NCBI GenBank assembly: GCA_034190085.1
Contig: JAXHTS010000055.1
Coordinates: 10,117 to 74,116, forward strand
Direction: 5' to 3'
Length of the DNA stretch: 64,000 nucleotides
DNA from: Spirochaetota bacterium
GTDB taxonomy: Bacteria > Spirochaetota > UBA4802 > JAFGDQ01
Shown one piece after another: positions 10,503 through 21,685 of this stretch (position 1 is the stretch's first letter; every line of letters starts with the position of its first letter). The position numbers and the translations under genes were made by a program. A model generated the notes under the pieces. That model had not been told where the DNA came from, ran no database searches, and saw nothing but the letters and a program-made list of their open reading frames with translations.

Positions 10503-11747
10503 CTACATATCACTCTTATCACTAATTCCAACTGCTCTATCCAATTCATTTTGTAGATCAGGGGGGAGACCCTCAATCTCAACATTTAAGAATCCACGCA
10601 CAATAGTTGCCGTGGCCTCTTCCTCGCTTAATCCTCTAGCCATCAGATATTCGACCTCCTCACGCGCGATCTTGCCCACTGCCGCCTCATGAGAGAGATC
10701 AATATCCTCTTTATAGCCCTCCAGCTCAGGTATGGCATGAATCACACCATCATCGGAAAGGATCAATCCCTTACACTCAAGATGTGCCTTTATTCCAGGA
10801 ACCTCCCCAATGATATGACCGCGCGCAATAATCTTCCCGCCCATGGTAATAGCGCGGGAAATTATCTCTGCCCGAGATCCCTTGGCCTTTAAAAAGATCC
10901 TCGAGCCAACATCGAGCTCTGATCCGGGTGTCGCAACCAAAATGGAATTATATCTTGCAGTAGAATTCTCTCCAATCAAATATGTAACAGGATACATCTG
11001 CAGACTATTTACTGGCTGCATACATACATAATTAGACAGAAAGAGCCCTCCCTCCTCTACAATGGTTGCGCTTCGAGGACGCACTGCTACCTCCTCCGCC
11101 CAATTATGAATCATAGTAAATGTAAGCTTTGCATTCTTTTTCACATAAAACTCTGAGATGCCCACATGAAGGCCTGATTTCACATGTGGAGCCACAGCAC
11201 ATCCAGTAATGATATGCAATTCTGAATTCTCCTCTGCTATGACAATATTATGGACATCCTGAATTAGCTTATCCTCATCCAAATATAAACATGCCTGTAG
11301 AGGATATACGGATTTTGTTCCTGGAAGGGATCTTATGAAATAGCCGTTTTCCTGATGCAGTTCCGCTCTGGAGGTGTATTTATCCATATCAACTGCCACT
11401 GCTCTCCACCAATAATCCTCCATCCAATCATACTTCTCTCTGGCATTATTAATTTCCAATATCTCCATCCCCTCTTGAGAGGTGCTGCAATGAAGGACAG
11501 AATGGTCCTTCTGAACGAAGGTACCCGATCTATTCTGTTCCGTTATGTCCACACCCGCTCTTAGCAATTGTTCCTTCTCAGTGGAAGAGAGTTTAGATAA
11601 ATCATCCAAATATTGATGTTCTACTGTGGTATCTATATAATCATCTACTAGAATATCACTGCCATAAGTAGCCACTTTATCTTTTGCCCCTTCTGCAAGG
11701 TTAACATTATCTTCCTTTTCAGCATGTTGAATCTTCCTTTTACTCAT
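10503..11747 (-). CDS. Fe-S cluster assembly protein, SufB/SufD family
   Basis: 414 aa with the C-terminal SufBD beta-helix region, located directly downstream of sufC. Ends with a TAG stop, which shows TAG is a normal stop in this genome. Confidence 0.75.
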   Translation of the reverse strand: MSKRKIQHAEKEDNVNLAEGAKDKVATYGSDILVDDYIDTTVEHQYLDDLSKLSSTEKEQLLRAGVDITEQNRSGTFVQKDHSVLHCSTSQEGMEILEINNAREKYDWMEDYWWRAVAVDMDKYTSRAELHQENGYFIRSLPGTKSVYPLQACLYLDEDKLIQDVHNIVIAEENSELHIITGCAVAPHVKSGLHVGISEFYVKKNAKLTFTMIHNWAEEVAVRPRSATIVEEGGLFLSNYVCMQPVNSLQMYPVTYLIGENSTARYNSILVATPGSELDVGSRIFLKAKGSRAEIISRAITMGGKIIARGHIIGEVPGIKAHLECKGLILSDDGVIHAIPELEGYKEDIDLSHEAAVGKIAREEVEYLMARGLSEEEATATIVRGFLNVEIEGLPPDLQNELDRAVGISDKSDM

Positions 11748-11853
11748 AATTACCTTCCAATTTTCTAAAATAACTTATGTTAAACCACATTATAGATATT
11801 TTCACTTAGCATCATCTTAATATGAACAATCATAGATTAAACAGATACAAGGT

Positions 11854-12621
11854 TTATGATGCACATTTAACACACTCATTATATCCCTCCTCCTTGATAC
11901 ACTTGAGCATTTCGCGTGGATTCCCGCTACAACTCAATCTTCCATTCATAAGAACATGTCCTTTATCAACATCAAGGTAATCAAGGATATAGCCCGTATG
12001 AGTAATTATCAATCCTGACTTTTGCCTCTCCTTCTTACATTCCTGAAGCGATTTCCCTTCCTGATGCTTTAGGCCTCTCTGCAAAAGCTCTTCAATCACA
12101 CCACTTATTAAAGCAATGTTTTCCAGATCAACCCCGGATTCTGGTTCATCAAGCAAGAGAAGTTCCGGGTCCTGAGCCATTAACTGTAAAAGCTCTGATC
12201 GCTTAATCTCACCTCCAGAGAAACCGTCATTCAAATCCCGATCCATGAATTCATTAAAATTAAGCTGTCCGATCATGGGATTTACGTCCTTCTCTCCTCT
12301 AACGCAAATATCGAGCATCTGTTTCATCTTAACACCCTTGATGGTTGGAGGTCGCTGAAAGGAAAGGCCAATACCCATCTTCGCCCTCTCATTCAATGAT
12401 GAGTTGTTTATCTTTTTGCCATGAAACTTAATCTTGCCACCTGTTACCTTATAGCCTGGGAAACCCATGATGGACATAAGCAGGGTCGTCTTACCAGAAC
12501 CATTAGGGCCAAAGAGCACATGAATCTCCCCAGGATTAATATTTAATGAAACTTGATGTAAAATTTCTCTACCATTTACCTCAACCTTTAAATCTTCAAT
12601 ATTTAACATCCTAACCTCCAA
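11854..12621 (-). CDS. sufC: Fe-S cluster assembly ATPase SufC
   Basis: Walker A (GPNGSGKTTL), ABC signature (FSGGEIKRSELL) and Walker B (LLLLDEPESGVD). The C-terminal tail is unusually Cys-rich (CSGNPREMLKCIKEEGYNECVKC). Confidence 0.85.
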   Translation of the reverse strand: MEVRMLNIEDLKVEVNGREILHQVSLNINPGEIHVLFGPNGSGKTTLLMSIMGFPGYKVTGGKIKFHGKKINNSSLNERAKMGIGLSFQRPPTIKGVKMKQMLDICVRGEKDVNPMIGQLNFNEFMDRDLNDGFSGGEIKRSELLQLMAQDPELLLLDEPESGVDLENIALISGVIEELLQRGLKHQEGKSLQECKKERQKSGLIITHTGYILDYLDVDKGHVLMNGRLSCSGNPREMLKCIKEEGYNECVKCAS

Positions 12622-13055
12622 AAATCACACATCTCAATTCTATTTATTTCAAATAAATATATTACACAATAGTCTCAAATCCTTCATAAATAAAAATTTG
12701 CATGATATCATCTATCTATTATAAAGCACATTAATTGCAAGTAAAATAATACCGCTTTTTTTCATAACATAACATTACAAAGATCAATGCTAATTTTTCG
12801 CTTGACCTTTATATTATTATGTTTTACTTATTTCAAGCAAAATGTACATATTTCCCTCAACCTATTGAGGATGAAATTTATATTAGAGATGGTTAAAAAT
12901 ATCAAGAATATTCCACATTCTGCCATGAAAGTGTATAATTACATTTCGTGGTACATATGGCAATAAACTACATAATTTTATGTCCCTCCTTCCAATCGTT
13001 TCGATAAGTAAAAGATAATAATTATATGTATCAGCGATAAGATATAAAAATAAAA

Positions 13056-13841
13056 TTGACAATGAAATACAATATGAAAAGGACATCCTCATTTGCAATC
13101 ACATCAATAATAATTTTAATATTGAGCTTTTCTAAAGCATCCGCTCACAAATCCACTAGACCAATACTATACCCCTATGGCACAATAGGTAATAACAGAC
13201 CCTGCTTCATCTGGAAGGATATATATAACCAACGGGATAAAATACACAATGTAAAATATAGAATCACAATCAAAACAAATGAGGATAAAGAAATAAGACC
13301 GATCTTATTCACACCCAATCTCTATTATAAATCTTTTTATGTATTTGAATTCCCCGAACATCTGCCAAATGATGATTATACTTACACCATTGAACGGATT
13401 GTTGATAATAAATCAATCAATTCGAAACATTTTCACTATCTTAATTATCCAATAATTGAAAAATTTATAATTAATACAGATGAGTTGAATGAATCGGACA
13501 ATCTAACACCTCAAGATCTCATAAAATATCTCCAAACAGATAAATACAACAGACTAATAAATGGTTACAACTTCATTTTCTTCGGAACTAGCGGTATTGT
13601 CACCTTTGGAATAGGTATGTTATTCCTTAAAGTGATAGACCTAGGACTAATCAGCAATATTATAACAGTGATATCCTTCACCTCTTCCGCCATCGGCATA
13701 TCTGCTGCAGGGTATTATGGATATAAGTATATAGATGGGAAGAGAGAACTTCATAGAATTGTTGAACTCGACAAAGGGATTTCATTAAATGGCGACATCA
13801 ATAATGATAATATTGATATTGAAATTGAACTCACCTTTTAA
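13056..13841 (+). CDS. Hypothetical exported/membrane-anchored protein
   Basis: N-terminal signal peptide and two C-terminal hydrophobic segments; no domain recognised. Confidence 0.45.
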   Translation: MTMKYNMKRTSSFAITSIIILILSFSKASAHKSTRPILYPYGTIGNNRPCFIWKDIYNQRDKIHNVKYRITIKTNEDKEIRPILFTPNLYYKSFYVFEFPEHLPNDDYTYTIERIVDNKSINSKHFHYLNYPIIEKFIINTDELNESDNLTPQDLIKYLQTDKYNRLINGYNFIFFGTSGIVTFGIGMLFLKVIDLGLISNIITVISFTSSAIGISAAGYYGYKYIDGKRELHRIVELDKGISLNGDINNDNIDIEIELTF

Positions 13842-13995
13842 TATTGTATATATCCCAACTTCTATGTGAAATATATGCTAAAAGTATTCAAAGATATAAT
13901 GAAATGAATATCAATCTCAACATCAATAGGAATGGACGCTTTTTCAGCCATTAACTGTTGAGAAAATGCGATAACTGATAAATAACCATTATTCA

Positions 13996-16900
13996 ATGAA
14001 ATTAGAAACAATATCCGAACTATTCATCAAGTCTCAAGAGATGAAGGAATTCTTCCAAGAGGAAGCCCAAGGGAAGATATCAATAGAGGGTATTACACCA
14101 AGCGCCTTTCCGCTCATCATCTCAACGATTTTCAACTACTCTCCGAACCAAATGCTGGTTTTAACCAAAAACCCACAAAAGATGCAGGAACTATATACCG
14201 ATATTACCTGCTTTGTTAAGCCTGAATGCGCCTTTATGCTTCCTCCTTGGGAGACCCTACCCTATGAATTCGTATCCCCCTCAGAGAAGGTAGAAAGGGA
14301 GAGAATAACCTCCCTCTATAGGCTGATTCAAGGCAGGCCAGTGATTGTGATTACAACTGTTGAATCTCTAATTAGAAAGATCCCTGAAAAGAAATTCCTC
14401 ATCAATAAGGGAGTCACCCTGAATATTCAAGAGGAATATCCATTTGATGATATATTAGAGCAACTCGTTTATTATGGATATACACGGGAATATAAGGTGG
14501 AGTCATTTGGGCAATTCTCAGTCAAAGGGGGAATTATAGATATATTCCTTCCCTCTTACCAAAACCCTGTAAGGCTTGATTTCTTTGGTGACACCCTAGA
14601 CTCGATTCGAGAATTTGATCCTGAGAGCCAATTGTCCTATGTAAAGCATGAGTCTGTTACTATATATCCGAGAAGAGAATTAATACTCTCAAATAGTGAA
14701 AATGAAAGGTTTATAAAATTATTCGATAAAGCAAGTGCAAAGGGATTAGGGATCCCAGAGATAGTCAAAAAAAACTTTGAAGGATATGGAGAGATAATCT
14801 CAAGAATAAATGGAATTGAAGACATATTTCCATTTGTAATAAAAGCTGATACACTCCTTTCATATCTAAGGAATGATGCCAGAATTTTCTTTATTGAGAC
14901 CTCAGAACTTATATCTCAAAAAGAACTTATAGAGAATACCTTTCATCAATTATATGAACGAAAAGCAGGGGGCGCTTTTTTATCCCCGCCAGATATGCTT
15001 CTATCAAATACCGTCTTTGATGAAGCCAAATCCAGATCAACAGAGCTTCAGGTATTTCTCACAACGCCAAAATCCCTTCAATGGAGGATCAGGGGAATTC
15101 CGAATTTTCATGGAAGAATAAAAAACATAAGGGAAGAGATATCAAAAAAGATACTCAATAACTGGATGATCGTCTTATGCACAGCATTTGAGGGTCAGGC
15201 AAGAAGGCTCCTTGATCTGTTTAGCGAATTTCAGCCCAATAGTAATTTTGAAATGATAGATGAGTCAGAGCAGTTAAACATTCTAATTTCACCACTGCAA
15301 AGTGGATTTGAGTTAGGCTCAAAAAAAATACTAATAATTACTGACAATGAAATATTTGGAAAAAAATATAGGAAAAGAACGCATTTTAAAAGAAAAGGAT
15401 CAAGACCAATTGAATCCTTCCTCGATCTTGAAGTTGGTGACTATGTTGTTCATATTAACCATGGCATCGGCATATTCAAAGGCATAGAAAGGATGTCAGC
15501 GGGTGGCGTGGAGCGGGACTTCCTGATGATTGACTATGCTGATGGAGATAAACTATATGTATCGCTTGATCAGATTACATTGGTCCAGAGGTATGCAGGC
15601 CTTGATGGGAAGCAACCCAGAATAGACTCTCTGGGTAAAAAATCAGCCTGGAACAGGATCAAGGAAAGAGTAGCGGAATCTGTAGAGGAGACAGCCAAGG
15701 ACCTAATAGATATCTATTCAAAGAGAAAATCCCTAAAGGGATTCCAATATCCGCCCGATACGCTCTGGCAGGAAGAGTTTGAATCAAAATTTGAGTTTGA
15801 GGAAACCGCAGATCAGATTTCAGCTATTGAGGACGTGAAAGACGACATGGAAATCCCTCAGCCTATGGAGCGACTAATCTGCGGTGATGTTGGTTTTGGA
15901 AAGACCGAGATTGCCGTTAGGGCAGCCTTTAAAGGAGTAATGGCAGGGAAGCAGGTTGCTATTCTTGTTCCCACTACAGTGCTTGCCATGCAGCACTTCT
16001 CAACATTCAGAAAAAGATTTTCCGATTATCCCATCAATATTGATATGATCTCAAGGTTCAGAACCAGAACCGACATTATAAAAATTAGACAAAAAATTGC
16101 AAAGGGTGAAATAGATATTATCATCGGCACACATGCCTTACTCTCTAAGGCCATATCCTTTAAAAATTTAGGCCTTCTCGTCATTGATGAAGAACAGAGG
16201 TTTGGTGTTAGACATAAGGAACAGATAAAAAAAATGAGACTCCTTGTAGATGTACTTATTTTATCTGCAACACCAATTCCCAGAACACTCCATATGGCTA
16301 TAGCCGGGATTAGAGATCTTTCAATAATCACAACTCCACCTGAAAACCGACAGTCTATTGACACCTATGTTCTTGAGGATAATCCTGAAATAACGAGGAT
16401 GGCAATACTTAGAGAAATCGAGAGAGGAGGACAGGTCTTCTATGTTCACAATAGGGTTCAGACCATAGAGGCAAAGGCGAGAATGCTGAGGGAACTAGTG
16501 CCAGAGACATCCTTTTGTATTGCACATGGGCAGATGAATGAGCATATGCTGGAAGATGTGATGATTGAATTCTTAAATGGCAAGAATGACGTTCTAATCA
16601 GCACCTCCATTATTGAATCCGGTCTCGATATGCCCAACGTTAACACTATTATCATTGATAGGGCTGATACATTTGGTCTCTCTCAATTATATCAACTGAA
16701 GGGAAGAGTCGGCAGATCAATGACAAAAGCATATGCATACCTATTTTATCCAAAGCATATCCCTCTCTCTGAGGTTGCTCAAAAAAGACTTCAGGTGATA
16801 TCTGAATACTCAGATTTAGGAGGCGGTTTTAAAATAGCCATGAAGGATTTGGAGATCAGGGGATCCGGAAATATCCTTGGGAGGGAACAATCCGGTAATA

Positions 16901-17421
16901 TCATGGAGGTGGGTTTTGATCTATATTGTCAGATGCTTGAAGAAGCGGTGATAAGACTCAAGGGGGATAATCCAAAAAGCATATTTAGAACACCTGTATT
17001 TATTAAATCCAATTTTTATATTCCTGAAAGCTATATGCATGACGAAAGACAAAAAATTGAGTTCTATAAAAGATTTGAATCATGTGAATTATTAGAAGAG
17101 GTAGAGCAACTGGAGGAGGAACTGATTGATAGATTTGGTTCCCCCCCTAATCAGGTAAAAATCCTTATCTATTTAGAGAAGATAAGAGCAATAGCATCAT
17201 CACTCATGATAGATGAAATATTGGAAGATTCTAAGGCAATAAAAGTCAGAATTTCAAAAGATTCTTCAATAGATTCCACAAAAATCATATCAATGATAAA
17301 AAAGGATAAAAGACTATCTGTAGATCCTTCAGATAAAGAGATTCTATTATTTGCGCCTGTGGAAACCGATGAGGAAAAAAAGCTAATAGAAATAAAAAAA
17401 TGGTTGCAACAAATCTCCTGA
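13996..17421 (+). CDS. mfd: Transcription-repair coupling factor Mfd
   Basis: 1141 aa with superfamily-2 helicase motifs (GDVGFGKTEIA, DEEQRFGV, SATPIPRT) and the overall Mfd architecture. Confidence 0.9.
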   Translation: MKLETISELFIKSQEMKEFFQEEAQGKISIEGITPSAFPLIISTIFNYSPNQMLVLTKNPQKMQELYTDITCFVKPECAFMLPPWETLPYEFVSPSEKVERERITSLYRLIQGRPVIVITTVESLIRKIPEKKFLINKGVTLNIQEEYPFDDILEQLVYYGYTREYKVESFGQFSVKGGIIDIFLPSYQNPVRLDFFGDTLDSIREFDPESQLSYVKHESVTIYPRRELILSNSENERFIKLFDKASAKGLGIPEIVKKNFEGYGEIISRINGIEDIFPFVIKADTLLSYLRNDARIFFIETSELISQKELIENTFHQLYERKAGGAFLSPPDMLLSNTVFDEAKSRSTELQVFLTTPKSLQWRIRGIPNFHGRIKNIREEISKKILNNWMIVLCTAFEGQARRLLDLFSEFQPNSNFEMIDESEQLNILISPLQSGFELGSKKILIITDNEIFGKKYRKRTHFKRKGSRPIESFLDLEVGDYVVHINHGIGIFKGIERMSAGGVERDFLMIDYADGDKLYVSLDQITLVQRYAGLDGKQPRIDSLGKKSAWNRIKERVAESVEETAKDLIDIYSKRKSLKGFQYPPDTLWQEEFESKFEFEETADQISAIEDVKDDMEIPQPMERLICGDVGFGKTEIAVRAAFKGVMAGKQVAILVPTTVLAMQHFSTFRKRFSDYPINIDMISRFRTRTDIIKIRQKIAKGEIDIIIGTHALLSKAISFKNLGLLVIDEEQRFGVRHKEQIKKMRLLVDVLILSATPIPRTLHMAIAGIRDLSIITTPPENRQSIDTYVLEDNPEITRMAILREIERGGQVFYVHNRVQTIEAKARMLRELVPETSFCIAHGQMNEHMLEDVMIEFLNGKNDVLISTSIIESGLDMPNVNTIIIDRADTFGLSQLYQLKGRVGRSMTKAYAYLFYPKHIPLSEVAQKRLQVISEYSDLGGGFKIAMKDLEIRGSGNILGREQSGNIMEVGFDLYCQMLEEAVIRLKGDNPKSIFRTPVFIKSNFYIPESYMHDERQKIEFYKRFESCELLEEVEQLEEELIDRFGSPPNQVKILIYLEKIRAIASSLMIDEILEDSKAIKVRISKDSSIDSTKIISMIKKDKRLSVDPSDKEILLFAPVETDEEKKLIEIKKWLQQIS

Positions 17422-17677
17422 CATGTGAGCTTATATCTTCAATACCTATTAAAAATTGACTCTTTATTATTCTTGCTAGCCTAACTTCTATTAATATATA
17501 TAATTGAAGATTGAATGTACAATCATAATTTAACAACAAAGGAATGAGTTTATTATATCGGAAAAGATAATATTAATTTTAACTACCCTGATCCACTTAG
17601 GATGATAAAATAATAACATTCTACCTCCCGATTAACTGATAGATGATCAAATTTGTATAACATAAAGGATAATATAT

Positions 17678-18331
17678 ATGAAAATGAGAAGTAATATTTG
17701 TATTTTCTCCCTGATCCTTTTATCCTGTACCTTCTTTTCATGCAAGAAGCGATTTCATGGAGATTGGATAGCAAAAATTGATGGCAATACAGTAACGCTT
17801 GATGAATTAAATACTTTCTATTATGCACAGCAGAAATCGCTATATAACATAACCAAAGAAGAGATCGATAAACTTGCATTAGATCCTGCAGCAATCGAGA
17901 AAAATCCTACCCTAAATAAACAGGAATTTCTTGAACAGCTTATCAGACAACGACTTGTCTACAACAAAGCTGTAGAAGACGACATTTTAAAGAACATGGA
18001 GGTTGAAGCCCTTGCACAAATGGCCAAGGAGGCTGTGGTGGTTGGCTATTATGTCAGGGAAAAATTTAATGATGAAATTGCTGTTAACGATGATGAGGTT
18101 GAAAAAATATACTCGAGCAAGAGGAGCAAATTTAAGGGCGTTCCTATTGAACAGGCAGAATTATATATAAAGCAACAGCTATTTCAACAGAAGTTGCAGA
18201 TGAAAATAAGAGAACTTGTTGAAAATCTTAGAGAACAAAGCAGAATTGAAAAAAATGCAATGCTATTGAGTGAAGGAGAAGGTCAAGAAGTGATAGAATC
18301 AATTAAATCATCAGCAGAAAAAACCAAATAA
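17678..18331 (+). CDS. Periplasmic lipoprotein, SurA N-terminal-domain-like chaperone
   Basis: Lipoprotein-type signal (LLSCTFFSC). The helical Q/E/K-rich domain resembles the N-terminal domain of SurA/PpiD. Family assignment is tentative. Confidence 0.4.
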   Translation: MKMRSNICIFSLILLSCTFFSCKKRFHGDWIAKIDGNTVTLDELNTFYYAQQKSLYNITKEEIDKLALDPAAIEKNPTLNKQEFLEQLIRQRLVYNKAVEDDILKNMEVEALAQMAKEAVVVGYYVREKFNDEIAVNDDEVEKIYSSKRSKFKGVPIEQAELYIKQQLFQQKLQMKIRELVENLREQSRIEKNAMLLSEGEGQEVIESIKSSAEKTK

Positions 18332-18389
18332 TCCTGGTGACAATCAGAGTCAATTATTCACGCCTGAGGTAAACTTAAATTAAAGACTC

Positions 18390-18866
18390 CTAACAAAAGG
18401 TTTTCGATATCCAATCACCGATGTAATGACTCAGCAATATGACTAACGATGCAATAATAAGATGCTCTGCAATCACCCTCCAATGATTGACCTTCTGTGA
18501 TGTTGCCATCCTATAACTTAAAATGCTAAGAATCGATAATCCCCATATTATGCTGAACACTATTGCTATAGAAAACTCAAAGAGCAAAATCGGCACAACA
18601 AATGATAATGCACATATAAACTTAAAAATAAAAGTTGATACTGTTGCTTCCCATATCTCTCGTGAGCTGTGTCTGTTTTCAAATTCATCGGATATATGAA
18701 TGCCCAAAGCATCCGAGAAAGCATCAGATATTGCTATTATCAATATTCCTCCAATTACAGCAAGTCTAGATTTAGTACCGGAATGTAGACCTACTATTAA
18801 GCCAAGCGTTGTGATTATTCCAGATGTTAATCCGAAACTAAATCCCCTCTTTAACGAATGTTTCAT
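18390..18866 (-). CDS. Small membrane protein, VIT1/CCC1 (DUF125)-like family
   Basis: FGLTSGIITTLGLIVGL-type glycine-rich TM segments; 158 aa. Confidence 0.5.
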   Translation of the reverse strand: MKHSLKRGFSFGLTSGIITTLGLIVGLHSGTKSRLAVIGGILIIAISDAFSDALGIHISDEFENRHSSREIWEATVSTFIFKFICALSFVVPILLFEFSIAIVFSIIWGLSILSILSYRMATSQKVNHWRVIAEHLIIASLVILLSHYIGDWISKTFC

Positions 18867-18897
18867 TATAAGCCTACAATAATCTCATGCTTGGACA

Positions 18898-19596
18898 TTA
18901 GATGGAAGACCTAATAGCCTCAGGATCCTGCTCCTCAATTACATCTACAACCGCCTTAGCCCATCTCCTCTTGGTTACTGCAAAGGCAGGCTGTGCTTTC
19001 TTGGCCATAAAGGATGCAAACTCCATAGCCGCTGAAATGAGTTCTTCCCTTGGTAAAGCCTGGCGCGCCCATCCTATGTCCACTGCCTCAGCGCCGCCAT
19101 AGCGCTTGGCAGTCCAAGCCATTTCCCTGAAAAGCCTCTTCCCAAGGCCATGCTCGCAGATAGCTATCATGCCTGGCCAAAATGGAATATTGATATCCAT
19201 TTCAGGAAAGCATACCCATCCACGATCTTCCCTCATAATCCTAAAGTCAAATCCGGAGGACCAGATCGCTCCCATACCAAAGGCATGCCCATTGATTGCC
19301 CCGATCAGTGGTTTTGGAAAAATTGCAGTATCCCTGAGCAGATGGCTAATATCATAGAGGAAATCAATTACTATATTATGATCCTGTTGGTTCATCCAAT
19401 CAAGGTCTAAACCGTTGCAAAAAAATTTTTCATGTGCTCCTGTTATAACAAGCGCCTTAGCATATCCATTATTTGCGATCTCTGCTAGAGCTTGTCTGAT
19501 TTCTTTAGTAAAGTCTCCAGAAAACCGATTCTCTACATTATGATCCATGATGAGCAGGGCCACATCCTCCTGGATATCCCATTTTACCCATTCCAT
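18898..19596 (-). CDS. Enoyl-CoA hydratase/isomerase (crotonase) family protein
   Basis: Crotonase-fold motifs (ITGAHEKFFCNGLDL, INGHAFGMGA). Its 5' end overlaps the 3' end of the upstream HD-GYP gene by 13 nt. Confidence 0.75.
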   Translation of the reverse strand: MEWVKWDIQEDVALLIMDHNVENRFSGDFTKEIRQALAEIANNGYAKALVITGAHEKFFCNGLDLDWMNQQDHNIVIDFLYDISHLLRDTAIFPKPLIGAINGHAFGMGAIWSSGFDFRIMREDRGWVCFPEMDINIPFWPGMIAICEHGLGKRLFREMAWTAKRYGGAEAVDIGWARQALPREELISAAMEFASFMAKKAQPAFAVTKRRWAKAVVDVIEEQDPEAIRSSI

Positions 19597-21473
19597 TGTA
19601 ATTTCGAATCCCCTTTCTCTTTATAGTGTTCCGTTGAAAGCATATTCCCATTCTTAATTCCGTTTACAAAAGAAAACATTTTTTCCTTAAATAAAATACA
19701 GCAGGCATCAACAACAATGGGATCATAATACACACCCCTATATTTGGATATCTCTTCAATGGCTTTGTCAATTCCAAGCGCAGGGCGATAGGGACGATGA
19801 GAGGAGATTGCTTCCACTACATCTGCCACTGTCAATATTTTTCCAGCAAGATGGATATCCTCATCCTTGAGGCCCTGTGGATATCCAGAACCATCAATTC
19901 TTTCATGATGTTGATAAACAATATCTGCCACTGGCCATGGAAAATCAATTTCCTTTAATATTTCATATGCGATTTTAGGATGCATTTTAATCAGATTAAA
20001 CTCGATCTCAGTTAGACGCCCTGGTTTACTGAGGATCTCTGCTGGTATATTCACTTTACCCAGATCATGAATTGTGCCTGCCATACGAATACCATCAATC
20101 TCATCGCTGTTAAGCCCAATTTCCTGAGCTAGAGCCCTTGCAAGGTTAGCTACCCTCTGTTGATGACCTGCAGTATAAGGATCTCGCACCTCAACAGTTG
20201 ACACCATCGCATGAATCACTCCACCCATTGCCTTACGGAGCCTATCTAGGGCTTTTTCCAATTCCTTTTCAGACTGCATAAGTTCTTCAATATCTCTATA
20301 AATACAATAATTACCCACCTTCTTACTATTAACCATTATTGGACAAGCGAATATTGAAACATTTATCAGTTGACCATCTTTGCATTTTCTAACAGATTCT
20401 TTTTTAGCCACGCCTTCAGAAAGGATTGTACGGGAAAGGGATTTCGCTTCATCCTTAAGATCATCTGGTACTATAGGATCGCAAATATATTTATTTTTAA
20501 CTTCATCACTTGAGTATTTAAAGAGATTTTCAAAACTTCTGTTGGCATCAACTATCTTATTCTGATTATCCAGAATCAAAATAGCTTCCGGAGAATTATT
20601 AAACAATTGTTTGAAAAAGGCTTTTTGAAGTTTCAACGATTCTTCTGTTCGTATCTGTTTGCTTATATTCCGCGCAATACCATAGGTTCCTAAGAATATC
20701 TTATCCTTATCATCTATCAATCTGTCGTAAAAGCCCTTTGCCTTTAATTCAATTGTAATATATTTCTCTCTTCTCTTTGTGTGTGAGAAATTTTCATTAT
20801 TTACTTTAAGACGTAAGTGTATAGACTTTGATTCTCGGTTACTAGTTCTTCTCTCAAAAAAAGTATATTTAGCCTTTTCCAAATCTTCGGGATAAATAAT
20901 TGTTGAATAATGCTTTCCAATTAGATGTTCTTGATCATATCCAAGTATTTTTAAAGAATCGTTAACAAAAGTAAAAACCCCCTCACTATCGAGGTTATAG
21001 ATGACATCCATAGAATTTTGCACAAGGCATTGATATCGCCTTTCTGATTTCTCTAATCTATCTTGATTGATCTCAAGCTCCTTTAATAATCGCTTTTGAA
21101 TCAATGCATTCTCAAACCTCTTTGGTATCTCATCCTTGTTGAAGGATTTTGTTATGAAATCATGAGCGCCATGTTTATAGCATTGGATCGTTTTTTCAAT
21201 GGAATCCTCTCCTGTAAGAATTATAATCATCGTATTTGGGGTATAGTTCATTGAGAAGTTCATAACCTGTAAGACATTCATATCAGGCAGGTCTACATCC
21301 AGTAATATAAAATCATAATTCTTTTCCTTTAACTGCTCAATTGCCTCCTTCCCATTATTGGTGAGTTGTATTTTATAATTCAGCTTATTTAATAGAAATT
21401 CTATAATATTACTGATTCCAGGATCAACAGATACAATCAGAATATTTAATGCATAGTTCGCTTTTTCTATCAT
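19584..21473 (-). CDS. Response regulator with REC, PAS and HD-GYP domains (putative c-di-GMP phosphodiesterase)
   Basis: N-terminal receiver domain with a phosphoacceptor-type Asp context (ILLDVDLPDMNV), a central PAS region, and a C-terminal HD-GYP domain (HDLGK, HHERIDGSGYP). Confidence 0.85.
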   Translation of the reverse strand: MIEKANYALNILIVSVDPGISNIIEFLLNKLNYKIQLTNNGKEAIEQLKEKNYDFILLDVDLPDMNVLQVMNFSMNYTPNTMIIILTGEDSIEKTIQCYKHGAHDFITKSFNKDEIPKRFENALIQKRLLKELEINQDRLEKSERRYQCLVQNSMDVIYNLDSEGVFTFVNDSLKILGYDQEHLIGKHYSTIIYPEDLEKAKYTFFERRTSNRESKSIHLRLKVNNENFSHTKRREKYITIELKAKGFYDRLIDDKDKIFLGTYGIARNISKQIRTEESLKLQKAFFKQLFNNSPEAILILDNQNKIVDANRSFENLFKYSSDEVKNKYICDPIVPDDLKDEAKSLSRTILSEGVAKKESVRKCKDGQLINVSIFACPIMVNSKKVGNYCIYRDIEELMQSEKELEKALDRLRKAMGGVIHAMVSTVEVRDPYTAGHQQRVANLARALAQEIGLNSDEIDGIRMAGTIHDLGKVNIPAEILSKPGRLTEIEFNLIKMHPKIAYEILKEIDFPWPVADIVYQHHERIDGSGYPQGLKDEDIHLAGKILTVADVVEAISSHRPYRPALGIDKAIEEISKYRGVYYDPIVVDACCILFKEKMFSFVNGIKNGNMLSTEHYKEKGDSKLQWNG

Positions 21474-21685
21474 TTAAATGATATCTCCATATCAAGCTTA
21501 GACAGTAAGCAGTATAATCCAATTAGTATATGGAAAAGATATTATTAGAAGAAGGTACTTAATGAAGTATTCTTGTATAGTAAACATATACAAGGAATAA
21601 ACCATCATCCCACATTCAGCATGAAAGCAGATCTATTCCTTCTTAATAAAGCCATTTCTTCACTCACCAAAGGAGTAACTATCCA

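Noticed and set aside
12883-13098. 71-aa ORF between sufC and the divergent downstream gene
   Set aside because: It lies in a divergent promoter region, overlaps the start of the 13056 gene, and has no supporting features.
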